A DNA stretch of 64,000 nt, taken from contig OZ025698.1 of NCBI GenBank assembly GCA_964019335.1, forward strand, positions 372,001-436,000, in the 5' to 3' direction. The translations under genes and the position numbers were made by a program. The notes under the pieces were generated by a model, which saw only the letters and a program-made list of their open reading frames with translations, searched no databases and was not told the origin of the DNA. This document shows, in pieces, positions 23,301-33,074 of this stretch. Every line of letters starts with the position of its first letter. The first letter of the stretch is position 1. Source of the stretch: Diplonema japonicum (Eukaryota > Protista > Euglenozoa: Diplonemea).

Positions 23301-24541
23301 TGAGAGAACTAGGTGTTAGTAATACCGACATCGATGAAGTGGCGAAGGTGGCGAACAGTGTGAAGGATGACATTCTATGCAAAGGAATGGAACAGGCGTC
23401 CCTGTTCAGCAGGCTAGGCGGAGCGGCAGCAGTGGATTCGGTGGTGGACCTACTCTATGATGTAATACTTGAAGACGACAGTCTGAGTAAATTCTTCTCA
23501 CCAGAGGTAATGCCACAACTTCGTAAGATGCAAAAGGATTTCCTCACCTTCGCCTTCGGCGGGAATCCATCATACGAGGGCAGCTCAATGAGGAAAGCAC
23601 ACAAACGTGCTGTGAGCAACGGGCTCAGCGATGTACATTTCGACAAAGTTGCAAATCACATCACCGAATCTATGAAAGAGCTTGGCGTTTCAAAGTCTGA
23701 TATCGAAGAGGTAGCAAAGGCGGTCGAGTCATTAAGAGATGACATCCTCTGCAAAGGCGAAGAAGGTGACCTTACTACCGCAGGTAACCTATTCGAACGG
23801 CTTGGAGGCGAGGTCGCTGTTGACACCACTGTTGGAATCTTTTACGACAAGGTTTTGAAGGACAGTAGGGTGAAGGACTTCTTCGAGGGTGTTGATATGA
23901 AGAAACAAAAACAAATGCAACGCGCGTTCCTCACCTTCGCCTTCGGCGGTCCCAACAAATACACCGGACATTCCATGCAGAAGGCTCACGAGAAGCTTGT
24001 GAAGGAGAAGGGTCTGAACGAAACCCATTACAATGTGATCGTCGAACTGCTTGCAGAAACCCTGAGAGAACTAGGTGTTAGTAATACCGACATCGATGAA
24101 GTGGCGAAGGTGGCGAACAGTGTGAAGGATGATGTTCTGTGCAAAGGAGCTGAAGTAACCGCAGAGGCAGAGGGTGAACCTTTAATTGATGTCATCACTG
24201 AGGAAGGCGTTGAAAGGGTAGTCGAAAAGCTTTTTGACAAGCTTATGCTTAACCCGGACACACAAAAGTTTTTCTCCACTGTAAAGATGCGAAAGCTCAA
24301 GGGGTTGGCCGTAGAGTACTTTGTCTCAGCCTTCGGTGGCGATGAATATTGCGGCCGCAACCTGCGCGTGGCCCACGAAAAGGTAGTTAGTGAGAGGGGA
24401 CTAAACGATGCGAGTTATAACCTCTTCATGAAATTTTTTTCGGAATCACTTACCGAAGAAAACTTATCTGCCGCAGTTGTCTCGAGGGCGGTCGCACTAG
24501 CAGAGGATGCCCGTGGAGATGTGCTGTGTAAACCAGAATAG
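20390..24541 (+). CDS. Multi-domain globin A: N-terminal RIIa/Dpy-30-like docking domain plus 10 tandem group I truncated (2/2) haemoglobin domains
   Basis: Repeated LFERLGG...FYEKVLAD...FF...DMKKQ...FLTFAFGGP...Y.G..M.KAH (proximal His F8)...DVLCK. N-terminal YMKEQAVVAEVDAALKHLFEAKPPNAVSFLADYF. ATG chosen at 20390. Confidence 0.92.
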   Translation: MSSLGVALAELDSTKDALQHEEYVNLKRKLFEKHLGVSPCLTDKESTLKYMKEQAVVAEVDAALKHLFEAKPPNAVSFLADYFTRKVQLSQRGRPQSAAPRHKQTRGTNLFERLGGETMMKTIVERFYDKVLDDNQVAHFFTGHLMSKQQDMQNKFLTKLFEGPDNYNGKTMQQAHKRLVSNMGLNDKHFDIMISLLRNVLTDANVLHDDVDRCISLVESTRTDVLCKDMKDEAPSLYERLGGCAALNATVENFYEKVLADSRVNGFFEGVDMKKQKQIQKAFLTFAFGGPNKYSGRNMRKAHEKLVKEKGLNDSHYDAIVDLLAETLSELGVSATEIKAVAAVANTVRDDILCKETGTPTPAANESQPEPPTLFERLGGAAAVDAAVDQFYEKVLADSRVKDFFEGVDMKKQRKMQKAFLTFAFGGPNKYSGHSMQKAHEKLVKEKGLNETHYNAIVELLAETLKELGVGDADIGEVAKVANSVKDDVLCKGMDLTPPSLFERLGGAAAVDAAVDQFYEKVLADSRVKDFFEGVDMNKQRKMQKAFLTFAFGGPNKYSGHSMQKAHEKLVKEKGLNDSHYDAIVELLGGTLKELGVGNADVDEVAKIANSVRDDVLCKELVAQAPSLFERLGGGAAVDAAVDKFYEKVLADSRVRDFFEGVDMNKQRKMQKAFLTFAFGGPNKYTGHSMQKAHEKLVKEKGLNETHYNVIVELLAETLRELGVSNTDIDEVAKVANSVKDDVLCKGMETPPLFERLGGGAAVDAAVDQFYEKVLADSRVKDFFEGVDMKKQKQMQKSFLTLAFGGPNKYSGRSMQKAHEKLVKEKGLNETHYNAIVELLAETLKELGVGDADIEEVAKIANSVKDDILCKGMDVTPPPLFERLGGEAAVDAAVDQFYEKVLADSRVKDFFEGVDMKKQRKMQKAFLTFAFGGLNKYSGHSMQKAHEKLVKEKGLNETHYDAIVELLAETLRELGVSNTDIDEVAKVANSVKDDILCKGMEQASLFSRLGGAAAVDSVVDLLYDVILEDDSLSKFFSPEVMPQLRKMQKDFLTFAFGGNPSYEGSSMRKAHKRAVSNGLSDVHFDKVANHITESMKELGVSKSDIEEVAKAVESLRDDILCKGEEGDLTTAGNLFERLGGEVAVDTTVGIFYDKVLKDSRVKDFFEGVDMKKQKQMQRAFLTFAFGGPNKYTGHSMQKAHEKLVKEKGLNETHYNVIVELLAETLRELGVSNTDIDEVAKVANSVKDDVLCKGAEVTAEAEGEPLIDVITEEGVERVVEKLFDKLMLNPDTQKFFSTVKMRKLKGLAVEYFVSAFGGDEYCGRNLRVAHEKVVSERGLNDASYNLFMKFFSESLTEENLSAAVVSRAVALAEDARGDVLCKPE

Positions 24542-24788
24542 GCAAGCGGAACCCTTTTTTTTTTTTTTTTTTTTTTTTTTTGGCGGGCCGTTGCTAACCA
24601 CTTCGTTCCTATCATAGTGAATTTTTTTTTGTTATTTCCATAACAAAACAGAATAAGAATAAGAAATGTACATTTATAACCCCCCCCCCCCAACACATGC
24701 TCACGACGCGCTTGAGATTTTCATTCACCGACCTCCCCCTTCTTCCCTTGTCATACTTCTCCGCTTTCCTCTCTTTTTTTTTAAATGT

Positions 24789-24846
<58 letters not shown>

Positions 24847-24847
<1 letters not shown>

Positions 24848-27744
24848 TGAAAAGGAAGGTGACAGCATTACAACGGGACGGACATTGCCTCGAAGATCCA
24901 GCGCAGTGTGAAAGCACGGAGGGAGCTAAATTCAGGCTTCTCGGTGAATCGGAGCGCGATCATGCAGTTCGTAGCAGATAGGCCCGAGAGAGAGCTGGTA
25001 GCAGCAAAAACCAACGGTGCCATCTCGACCTCAATTGAAGAGATCGACCTAGCTTTCAGGTCGGCGTGGCGCCACATCTTTCGCAAATACGAAGAACGCC
25101 CCGAACCGCGCTACGACTCTTTTGAAGAGGCGTTTGGGACGCAGATCTCCCACCACCCGATGGTAGACCTCTCACTCACTCTGGACGATCTACGGGTAGT
25201 CCTGAAAAAGAAGGAGAAGCAGGAGTGCGCAGGGATCGACGGTTGGAGGCTGTGTGAACTCGCACATTTACCGGACGCACTGCTGGAGGGTTTCGTCTTT
25301 CTGTACGAATGGATAGAGGAAGGGGGACGATGGCCCAAGGCAGTCCTCACGGCGCTTGTAACTATGATCCCGAAAGGTGAGTCCGAAGAACCGCTGGAAC
25401 ACCGCCCAATCACGGTATCGAGTGCGTTCTACCGACTCTGGGCAGGCGCTAGACTACCCGCGATCCTCGAGTGGCAAGAGGCGTGGATCACCCCTCTCCA
25501 GTTCGGTTTCAGGCCGAAACACAGCACGGACGACCTCCTCGCCCGAGTCTGCACTAGTGTAGAGACGGCGAAAGTATCAGGTAAGCACCTCTATGGCCTC
25601 TCGGCTGACTTCAAAAAGTGCTTCGACTCGATCCCCCATGCGCTTACGTTCGATTTAGTGGAGCGTTTAGGCCTCAGCCAACTTATCCTGAGACCGATAA
25701 AATCCATCTACTCGGACCTAATCCGTCGGTTACGTTTCCCCATGGGGGTGGGCGCACCGTTCAGAACCACGAATGGGATTCTCCAGGGTTGTCCAATATC
25801 ACCGGTCTTCATCAACGCGATCCTCGCTATATTCACCAAGAAATGCACGGCGAACCCTAGAAACGCCCATCCTGTGTCGTATGCAGACGACCTAAACTTC
25901 ACGTCAGCTACCTCGGAGGCCGCGGTGCAACGCTCCGTTAACCTGCTTGGCACCCTCTGCAAGCTCACAGGGATGGCTATCCACCCGAAGAAAACTAAGT
26001 CGTTTGGAACGAAACCCAAGTACTGCGGCAACGTACAGCTACACGGGGAAACCTTCGACACGTCCTGCAAACTGCAGATCCTGAGGGGTACTGGTCTACT
26101 TCCAGCCTTGTAGAAGAGAGAACACGAGAGCCCGCAAGGCACTTGCGGAAATTGAGCGCCTCGCAGCAACGAAACTTTACCACAACCGCAAGGTACAGAT
26201 CATCGCAGAGAACATCCTACCGTCCGCCTTCTACGGCGTCCTATTCGACCCAATCCCAGACTCTTGGCTGGTGAAATTGAAGAAGCAGATCACGTCATGC
26301 ATCTGGGGCGCACGCAACCCGATGCGTTCCGCCAGTGCGCTGCTAGGGATTGCCTACAAAGGACACACCCTAGACCCTTACTCTTCGGTGGTCTATAAAG
26401 CCATTTCGACCCTAGGTCGCCTGTGCACACGACAGTCGAACAAGTCCCTATTCGAGTCGGGCTGGGAAACTTACAAGTACGCAATGGAGCGAGATGGAAC
26501 GCCGTCGCTTTCGAAGGGGCCATTTGGTAATGCGGAAATATGGCTACGGGACATCGGGACGAGATGGAAGGACTTTATTAAAGAGTTGCCACGGGGCATG
26601 CCACACCTGAAACACGAGGTCAGAGCGCGGTTGAAAGAAAAACTGCGGGGCGAGCTCGCCGAAGAGCGGGACACTTTCAAAGGAATCGAGACAGGAGTGG
26701 ACGAGATGAAGACGAACGTCCTACACAACGAGGTGGCGATCACCAACCCGCAGAAAGCGAGGAGAATCCTTTGTGCCGTTACTGGCGCCATCCTTCCACT
26801 GCACCCTAGAGCCTACGGCGACATGGATGGCACGCGAACGAAATGCCTTGGGTGTGACGCACCCTTCGACATTAGAGGCGGGACCAGCAACCTCCTGCTG
26901 CATACAATTTGGCACTGCCCGGCACACGCCGGTTTTAGAACGGCCAACGCCGACCGCGAATGGCTAGTGCAAGAACACACTAACTGGCCAACCTGCACCC
27001 GCGTACACGGCATCATTACCTCGGACTTGGACATCAGCCTATTGAGAGTCAAGGAGCTCCACCTGATGCTAGCAGAAGTGGCAGGCAAGCTCGAGAACCT
27101 GCACGCCGACAAGCAGGTCAGGTACACGAACCAGCATTTCTGGAATAGACCATTCCGACCGGGGAACCTCTTAACCCCGAAGCCTCTCCCCTGGTACCAC
27201 GAACATGGGCTGCAGAAGAAATACTTCCCAGGCCTAATCCCATTTGTCCTCAACTGGCTGAACGCCCTAAAATGGGGCGAGGAAGGCGGGCAAGTTTCTA
27301 AGGCGGAACTAGCAGTCGACCTCATTGCAACGGAAAGGCTCCACATGGGTGGGGAAGACATAGCATGCTGGGCGAGAAAGCTCGGCAGGATTCTCAGCGT
27401 CTTAGAAAGGATCCATCTAAAAGGGACGGGGAATCATCTGATTCCGGCAGAAACTATGAAGTCAGTACACTCACTACGCACCCTAGGGCTCCACAGCCAT
27501 GCCGTCACTGGCTACTCCACTCGTCCGATCTTCGCATCCCCGAAGGTCACCCACTCGATCCTAGAGGAACAAATGCGCACGCATTGCATCCTCAACAACT
27601 CGCTAGTTGGTTTCACGCCCAAGCTGCTGATGAGATACTACGACGGGCCTAAGGCACTACCACGACAGAAGGGATCAAACACTAGATGAGTTGATTGTCG
27701 TTAGGCGATCCTGTCACATACTGCAGGTTCCCTTCAAAGACATC
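24847..27744 (+). mobile_element. 5'-truncated non-LTR retrotransposon with RT and a CCHC finger; single-base frameshift at ~26084 (ORFs 24908-26113 and 26271-27689 form one ORF)
   Basis: RT motifs HRPITV, QFGFRP, DFKKCFDSIP, GILQGCPISP and YADD, then CLGC...HTIWHC. Starts after a 55-T run and ends 55 nt after the stop, at a T run. Confidence 0.9.
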
Positions 27745-27992
27745 TTTTTTTTTTTTTTTTTTCTTTTTTTTTTTTCGTTGATCTGAGGCCCTCATTTATT
27801 GATCAACGAGTCATGCCCCTGTATTTATATGACTCATGAAGCAGATGAAAGAAAGCAGAACATCATGGAACAACCAACAAAAAAAAAAAAAAAAAAAGGT
27901 CTTTCTTTCTTTTTTGTATTCATTTTTTTTCCCCATTTTTTTCCCCATCGTTCGGCTTCCGCAATCCATTGCCAATAATTCACAGTTTCAGC

Positions 27993-28029
<37 letters not shown>

Positions 28030-28044
28030 ATCCACACTACCGTT

Positions 28045-30849
28045 ATGGCAGCCCAAGGCCTTCTCAACATCAACAACATGAAAAAGTCCGACAAACGTAT
28101 CGAAAGAAGGCGGCTTCTTACCTCTGTAGTCCAGCCCAAGAAGACTCTCTTCGAGAAGCTTGGTGGGGCACCCTCCATTGATGCTGCTGTTGACTTGTTC
28201 TACAAGAAGGTTCTTGCTGACAGAAGGGTGAACTCCTTCTTCAAGGGAACCGATATGAAGAAGCAACACAGGATGCAGAAGGCGTTCCTCACCTTTGCTT
28301 TCGGTGGTCCTGGCTCATACAGTGGGAAGAACATGAGGAAGGCACACCAGAAGATTGTGGACGAGCAGGGCCTGAACGACAGCCACTACGATGTGATTGT
28401 TGAGCTTCTTGGTGGTACTTTGAAGGAACTTGGTGTGTGTGATGCTGATGTTGCTGAGGCAGCCACCATTGCCAACAGTGTGAGGGATGATGTTCTGTGC
28501 AAGGACCCTGTTGCTGAGAAGAAGACCCTCTACGAGAAGCTTGGTGGGGCACCCTCTATTGATGCTGCTGTTGACTTGTTCTACAAGAAGGTTCTTGCAG
28601 ACAGGAGGGTGAACTCCTTCTTCAAAGGAACCGATATGAAGAAGCAACACAGGATGCAGAAGGCGTTCCTCACCTTCGCCTTTGGTGGTCCCGGCTCATA
28701 CAGTGGGAAGAACATGAGGAAGGCACACCAGAAGCTTGTGGACGAGCAGGGCCTGAACGACAGCCACTACGATGTGATTGTTGAGCTTCTTGGTGGTACT
28801 TTGAAGGAACTTGGTGTTTGTGATGCCGATGTCACTGAGGCAGCCACCATTGCCAACAGTGTGAGGGACGATGTTCTGTGCAAGGACCCTGTTGCTGAGA
28901 AGAAGTCTTGCGATGCTGCTGTTGACATGTTCTACGACAAGATTCTTGCTGATGAACATTTGAACTCCTTCTTCAAAGGAACAGATATGAAGAAAGAGTA
29001 CAAGATGCAGAAGGCGTTCCTCACCTTCGCCTTTGGTGGTCCTGGCACATACAGTGGGAAGAACCCCCACGTCGTGTACCTCCTACTTTTCCTTTTCTTG
29101 TGCATGACTAAGATGGCTCCGGACCAGAAGCATACTCGTCGGGAAAGCCCAAGGGAGATAAAAGCACACAAACCCGTAGAGGAGCAGGTCTTGAACGACA
29201 GCCACTACGATGTGATTGTTGAGCTTCTTGGTGGTACCTTGAAGGAACTTGGTGCGTGTGATGCTGATGTTGCTGAGGCAGCCACCATTGCCAACAGTGT
29301 GAGGGATGATGTTCTGTGCAAGGACCCTGTTGCTGAGAAGAAGACCCTCTACGAGAAGCTTGGTGGGGCACCCTCCATTGATGCTGTTGTTGACTTGTTC
29401 TACAAGAAGGTTCTTGCAGACAGGAGGGTGAACTCCTTCTTCAAGGGAACCGATATGAAGAAGCAACACAGGATGCAGAAGGCGTTCCTCACCTTCGCCT
29501 TTGGTGGTCCCGGCTCATACAGTGGGAAGAACATGAGGAAGGCACACCAAAAGCTTGTGGACGAGCAGGGCCTGAACGACAGCCACTACGATGTGATTGT
29601 TGAGCTTCTTGGTGGTACCTTGAAGGAACTTGGTGTGTGTGATGCTGATGTCACTGAGGCAGCCACCATTGCCAACAGTGTGAGGGACGATGTTCTGTGC
29701 AAGGACCCTGTTGCTGAGAAGAAGACCCTTTACGAGAAGCTTGGTGGAGCACCCTCCATTGATGCTGCTGTTGACTTGTTCTACAAGAAGGTTCTTGCAG
29801 ACAGAAGGGTGAACTCCTTCTTCAAAGGAACCGATATGAAGAAGCAACACAGGATGCAGAAGGCGTTCCTCACCTTCGCCTTTGGTGGTCCCGGCTCATA
29901 CAGTGGGAAGAACATGAGGAAGGCACACCAGAACCTTGTAACAGTGCAGGGCCTGAACGACAGCCACTACGATGTGATTGTTGAGCTTCTTGGTGGTACC
30001 TTGAAAGAACTTGGTGTGTGTGATGCTGATGTCACTGAGGCAGCCACCATTGCCAACAGTGTGAGGGACGATGTTCTGTGCAAGGACCCTGTTGCTGAGA
30101 AGAAGACCCTCTACGAGAAGCTTGGTGGGGCACCCTCCATTGATGCTGCTGTTGACATGTTCTACAAGAAGGTTCTTGCTGACAGGAGGGTGAACTCCTT
30201 CTTCAAGGGAACCGATATGAAGAAGCAACACAGGATGCAGAAGGCGTTCCTCACCTTCGCCTTTGGTGGTCCTGGCTCATACAGTGGGAAGAACATGAGG
30301 AAGGCACACCAAAAGCTTGTGGACGAGCAGGGCCTGAACGACAGCCACTACGATGTGATTGTTGAGCTTCTTGGTGGTACCTTGAAGGAACTTGGTGTGT
30401 GTGATGCTGATGTCACTGAGGCAGCCACCATTGCCAACAGTGTGAGGGACGACGTTCTGTGCAAGGACCCTGTTGCTGAGAAGAAGACCCTCTTCGAGAA
30501 GCTTGGTGGGGCACCCTCCATTGATGCTGCTGTTGACTTGTTCTACAAGAAGGTTCTTGCAGACAGAAGGGTGAACTCCTTCTTCAAGGGAACCGACATG
30601 AAGAAGCAACACAGGATGCAGAAGGCGTTCCTCACCTTTGCTTTCGGTGGTCCTGGCTCATACAGTGGGAAGAACATGAGGAAGGCACACCAAAAGCTTG
30701 TAACGGTACAAGGCTTGAACGACAGCCACTACGATGTGATTGTTGAGCTTCTTGGTGGTACTTTGAAGGAACTTGGTGTGTGTGATGCTGATGTTGCTGA
30801 GGCTGCATCCATTGCCAACAGTGTGAGGGACGATGTTCTGTGCAAGTAG
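28045..30849 (+). CDS. Multi-domain globin B: 33-aa leader plus 7 tandem group I truncated haemoglobin domains (domain 3 aberrant)
   Basis: 127-aa unit TLYEKLGGAPSIDAAVDLFY...AFGGPGSYSGKNMRKAH...DDVLCKDPVAEKK. Confidence 0.92.
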   Translation: MAAQGLLNINNMKKSDKRIERRRLLTSVVQPKKTLFEKLGGAPSIDAAVDLFYKKVLADRRVNSFFKGTDMKKQHRMQKAFLTFAFGGPGSYSGKNMRKAHQKIVDEQGLNDSHYDVIVELLGGTLKELGVCDADVAEAATIANSVRDDVLCKDPVAEKKTLYEKLGGAPSIDAAVDLFYKKVLADRRVNSFFKGTDMKKQHRMQKAFLTFAFGGPGSYSGKNMRKAHQKLVDEQGLNDSHYDVIVELLGGTLKELGVCDADVTEAATIANSVRDDVLCKDPVAEKKSCDAAVDMFYDKILADEHLNSFFKGTDMKKEYKMQKAFLTFAFGGPGTYSGKNPHVVYLLLFLFLCMTKMAPDQKHTRRESPREIKAHKPVEEQVLNDSHYDVIVELLGGTLKELGACDADVAEAATIANSVRDDVLCKDPVAEKKTLYEKLGGAPSIDAVVDLFYKKVLADRRVNSFFKGTDMKKQHRMQKAFLTFAFGGPGSYSGKNMRKAHQKLVDEQGLNDSHYDVIVELLGGTLKELGVCDADVTEAATIANSVRDDVLCKDPVAEKKTLYEKLGGAPSIDAAVDLFYKKVLADRRVNSFFKGTDMKKQHRMQKAFLTFAFGGPGSYSGKNMRKAHQNLVTVQGLNDSHYDVIVELLGGTLKELGVCDADVTEAATIANSVRDDVLCKDPVAEKKTLYEKLGGAPSIDAAVDMFYKKVLADRRVNSFFKGTDMKKQHRMQKAFLTFAFGGPGSYSGKNMRKAHQKLVDEQGLNDSHYDVIVELLGGTLKELGVCDADVTEAATIANSVRDDVLCKDPVAEKKTLFEKLGGAPSIDAAVDLFYKKVLADRRVNSFFKGTDMKKQHRMQKAFLTFAFGGPGSYSGKNMRKAHQKLVTVQGLNDSHYDVIVELLGGTLKELGVCDADVAEAASIANSVRDDVLCK
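28141..30846 (+). repeat. 381-bp near-identical coding tandem repeat (globin units)
   Basis: Units differ mostly by scattered single substitutions; the period of 381 bp equals 127 codons. Confidence 0.9.
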
Positions 30850-31850
30850 AAAGAAATAAAAGAAGGAAAAAAAAAAGTAAATGATGATGATGCGCGCTCT
30901 ATAAATGTTGCACTTTTATTTAAAAGAAAAGGGGGAGGCGACGGTGTGTGGCGTGAATTTTTTTTCTCTCGTGTGTGTGGAATGAATTTATCTTATTCGT
31001 TTTGATTTTTTATTCTTGTTTATTGTGTTCAAAATGGAGAGTGGCCTGATTTTTTATTCAAAAGTCTACGGTGATAGCACATGTGAAAATTAGTGGCGTA
31101 ACTTTTTTTACCATGCCCTTTTCAATAAAAGAGTGCAATTTTTTTTTTAAAAGTTTTTATTATAGCTAGCCGCGGCCCATCATCGCCCCTGCACACTGAA
31201 ACATTATCGAACTTTTATTCTACTCTACCCCCCCCCTCTTTTTTTTAGTCTACGCAAGTGTACCTTCCAAGGTATCACTTCATCCCAATTATTTCCTCTC
31301 TTATTTCTTATTATTCTTTTTGTTGGGGCGGCTTTTGTTTTATGTTTTCTAAAGATTAAAGTCTTTAAAAGAGCACTTGACTAAAAGGCTCTTATATTCT
31401 TTGCTGTCTGAGGCTTCAAGCAACAAGGAGTAAAAAAAAGGCAGAGGAAAAAAAAAAAAAAGAAATAAAGATTCTCAAGAACGTCCCTTGATTCCACCAG
31501 CTGTCCGACAAATCCCTCTCAATTTTTTTTTTTTTTTTTGTTTTCGTTTTTTTGTTTTTTGTTTCCTTTCCCCAGCAAAAAAATATTTATTTTAAAAAGT
31601 ATTTATTTTCTTTTATGTTCTTCTTCAACTACCTGCAAGCTTGTGGGGGGTTTTTTGACACAAGGTCGTCCAAAGAGTAGCGTCCCGTCGCCATCTTTTT
31701 GAGGTCACGTTTCAGCTCATGTGAAGGTCAGTGCGCAGTGCCCCCTTGTCTACAGTGTATTGTCGTGAAAAGCAACAACTCGAGAGGAACACCTCCTTGT
31801 TTTCAACCATTTTCTAGCACACCACAGTTCAAAAAAGAAGAAGAAACAAA

Positions 31851-33074
31851 ATGGCCGCCAAGGGTCTTCTTGACATCAACAACATGAAGAAATCTGATAA
31901 AACCGCAGAAAGGCAACAGCTTCTAACTTCTGTTGTCCAGCCTAAAAAGTCCCTCTTCGAGAAGCTTGGTGGGGCACCCTCCATTGATGCTGCTGTTGAC
32001 ATGTTCTACGACAAGGTTCTTCAGGACGAACGTGTGAACTCCTTCTTCAAGGGAACCGATATGAAGAAGCAGCGAAGGATGCAGAAGGCGTTCCTCACCT
32101 TTGCTTTCGGTGGTCCCGGCTCATACAGTGGGAAGAACATGAGGAAGGCACACCAGAAACTTGTGGACGAGCAGGGCCTGAACGACAGCCACTACGATGT
32201 GATTGTTGAGCTTCTTGGTGGTACTTTGAAGGAACTTGGTGTGTGTGATGCTGATGTCACTGAGGCAGCCACCATTGCCAACAGTGTGAGGGATGATGTT
32301 CTGTGCAAGGACCCTGTTGCTGAGAAGAAGACCCTCTACGAGAAGCTTGGTGGGGCACCCTCCATTGATGCTGCTGTTGACATGTTCTACGACAAGGTTC
32401 TTGCTGACGAACGTGTGAACTCCTTCTTCAAGGGAACCGACATGAAGAAGCAGCGAAGGATGCAGAAGGCGTTCCTCACCTTCGCCTTTGGTGGTCCCGG
32501 CTCATACAGTGGGAAGAACATGAGGAAGGCACACCAGAAGCTTGTGGACGAGCAGGGCTTGAACGACAGCCACTACGATGTGATTGTTGAGCTTCTTGGC
32601 GGTACCTTGAAGGAACTTGGTGTGTGTGATGCTGATGTCACTGAGGCAGCCACCATTGCCAACAGTGTGAGGGACGATGTTCTGTGCAAGGACCCTGTTG
32701 CTGAGAAGAAGAGCCTCTACGAGAAGCTTGGTGGGGCACCCTCCATTGATGCTGCTGTTGACATGTTCTACGACAAGGTTCTTCAGGACAAACGTGTGAA
32801 CTCCTTCTTCAAGGGAACCGATATGAAGAAGCAGCGAAGGATGCAGAAGGCGTTCCTCACCTTTGCTTTCGGTGGTCCTGGCTCATACAGTGGGAAGAAC
32901 ATGAGGAAGGCACACCAGAAGCTTGTGGACGAGCAGGGCTTGAACGACAGCCACTACGATGTGATTGTTGAGCTTCTTGGTGGTACTTTGAAGGAACTTG
33001 GTGTTTGTGATGCTGATGTTGCTGAGGCAGCCACCATTGCCAACAGTGTGAGGGACGATGTTCTGTGCAAGTAA
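31851..33074 (+). CDS. Multi-domain globin C: leader plus 3 tandem group I truncated haemoglobin domains (paralog of B)
   Basis: Same leader type (MAAKGLLDINNMKKSDK) and same 127-aa unit as gene B. Confidence 0.92.
   Translation: MAAKGLLDINNMKKSDKTAERQQLLTSVVQPKKSLFEKLGGAPSIDAAVDMFYDKVLQDERVNSFFKGTDMKKQRRMQKAFLTFAFGGPGSYSGKNMRKAHQKLVDEQGLNDSHYDVIVELLGGTLKELGVCDADVTEAATIANSVRDDVLCKDPVAEKKTLYEKLGGAPSIDAAVDMFYDKVLADERVNSFFKGTDMKKQRRMQKAFLTFAFGGPGSYSGKNMRKAHQKLVDEQGLNDSHYDVIVELLGGTLKELGVCDADVTEAATIANSVRDDVLCKDPVAEKKSLYEKLGGAPSIDAAVDMFYDKVLQDKRVNSFFKGTDMKKQRRMQKAFLTFAFGGPGSYSGKNMRKAHQKLVDEQGLNDSHYDVIVELLGGTLKELGVCDADVAEAATIANSVRDDVLCK

Noticed and set aside
28045-28143. Globin B/C leader as a PTS2 or WH2 motif
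   Set aside because: It does not fit R(L/I/V/Q)x5(H/Q)(L/A), and the WH2 resemblance is too weak; the leader's function is left unassigned.
20717-30612. Repeated minus-strand ORFs (MGFVQTLLLHK..., MLLLHIGS...)
   Set aside because: Antisense shadows of the globin repeats.
28141-33071. Globin tandem repeats as a CRISPR array or satellite
   Set aside because: They are 381-bp coding units without spacers, in a eukaryotic context.
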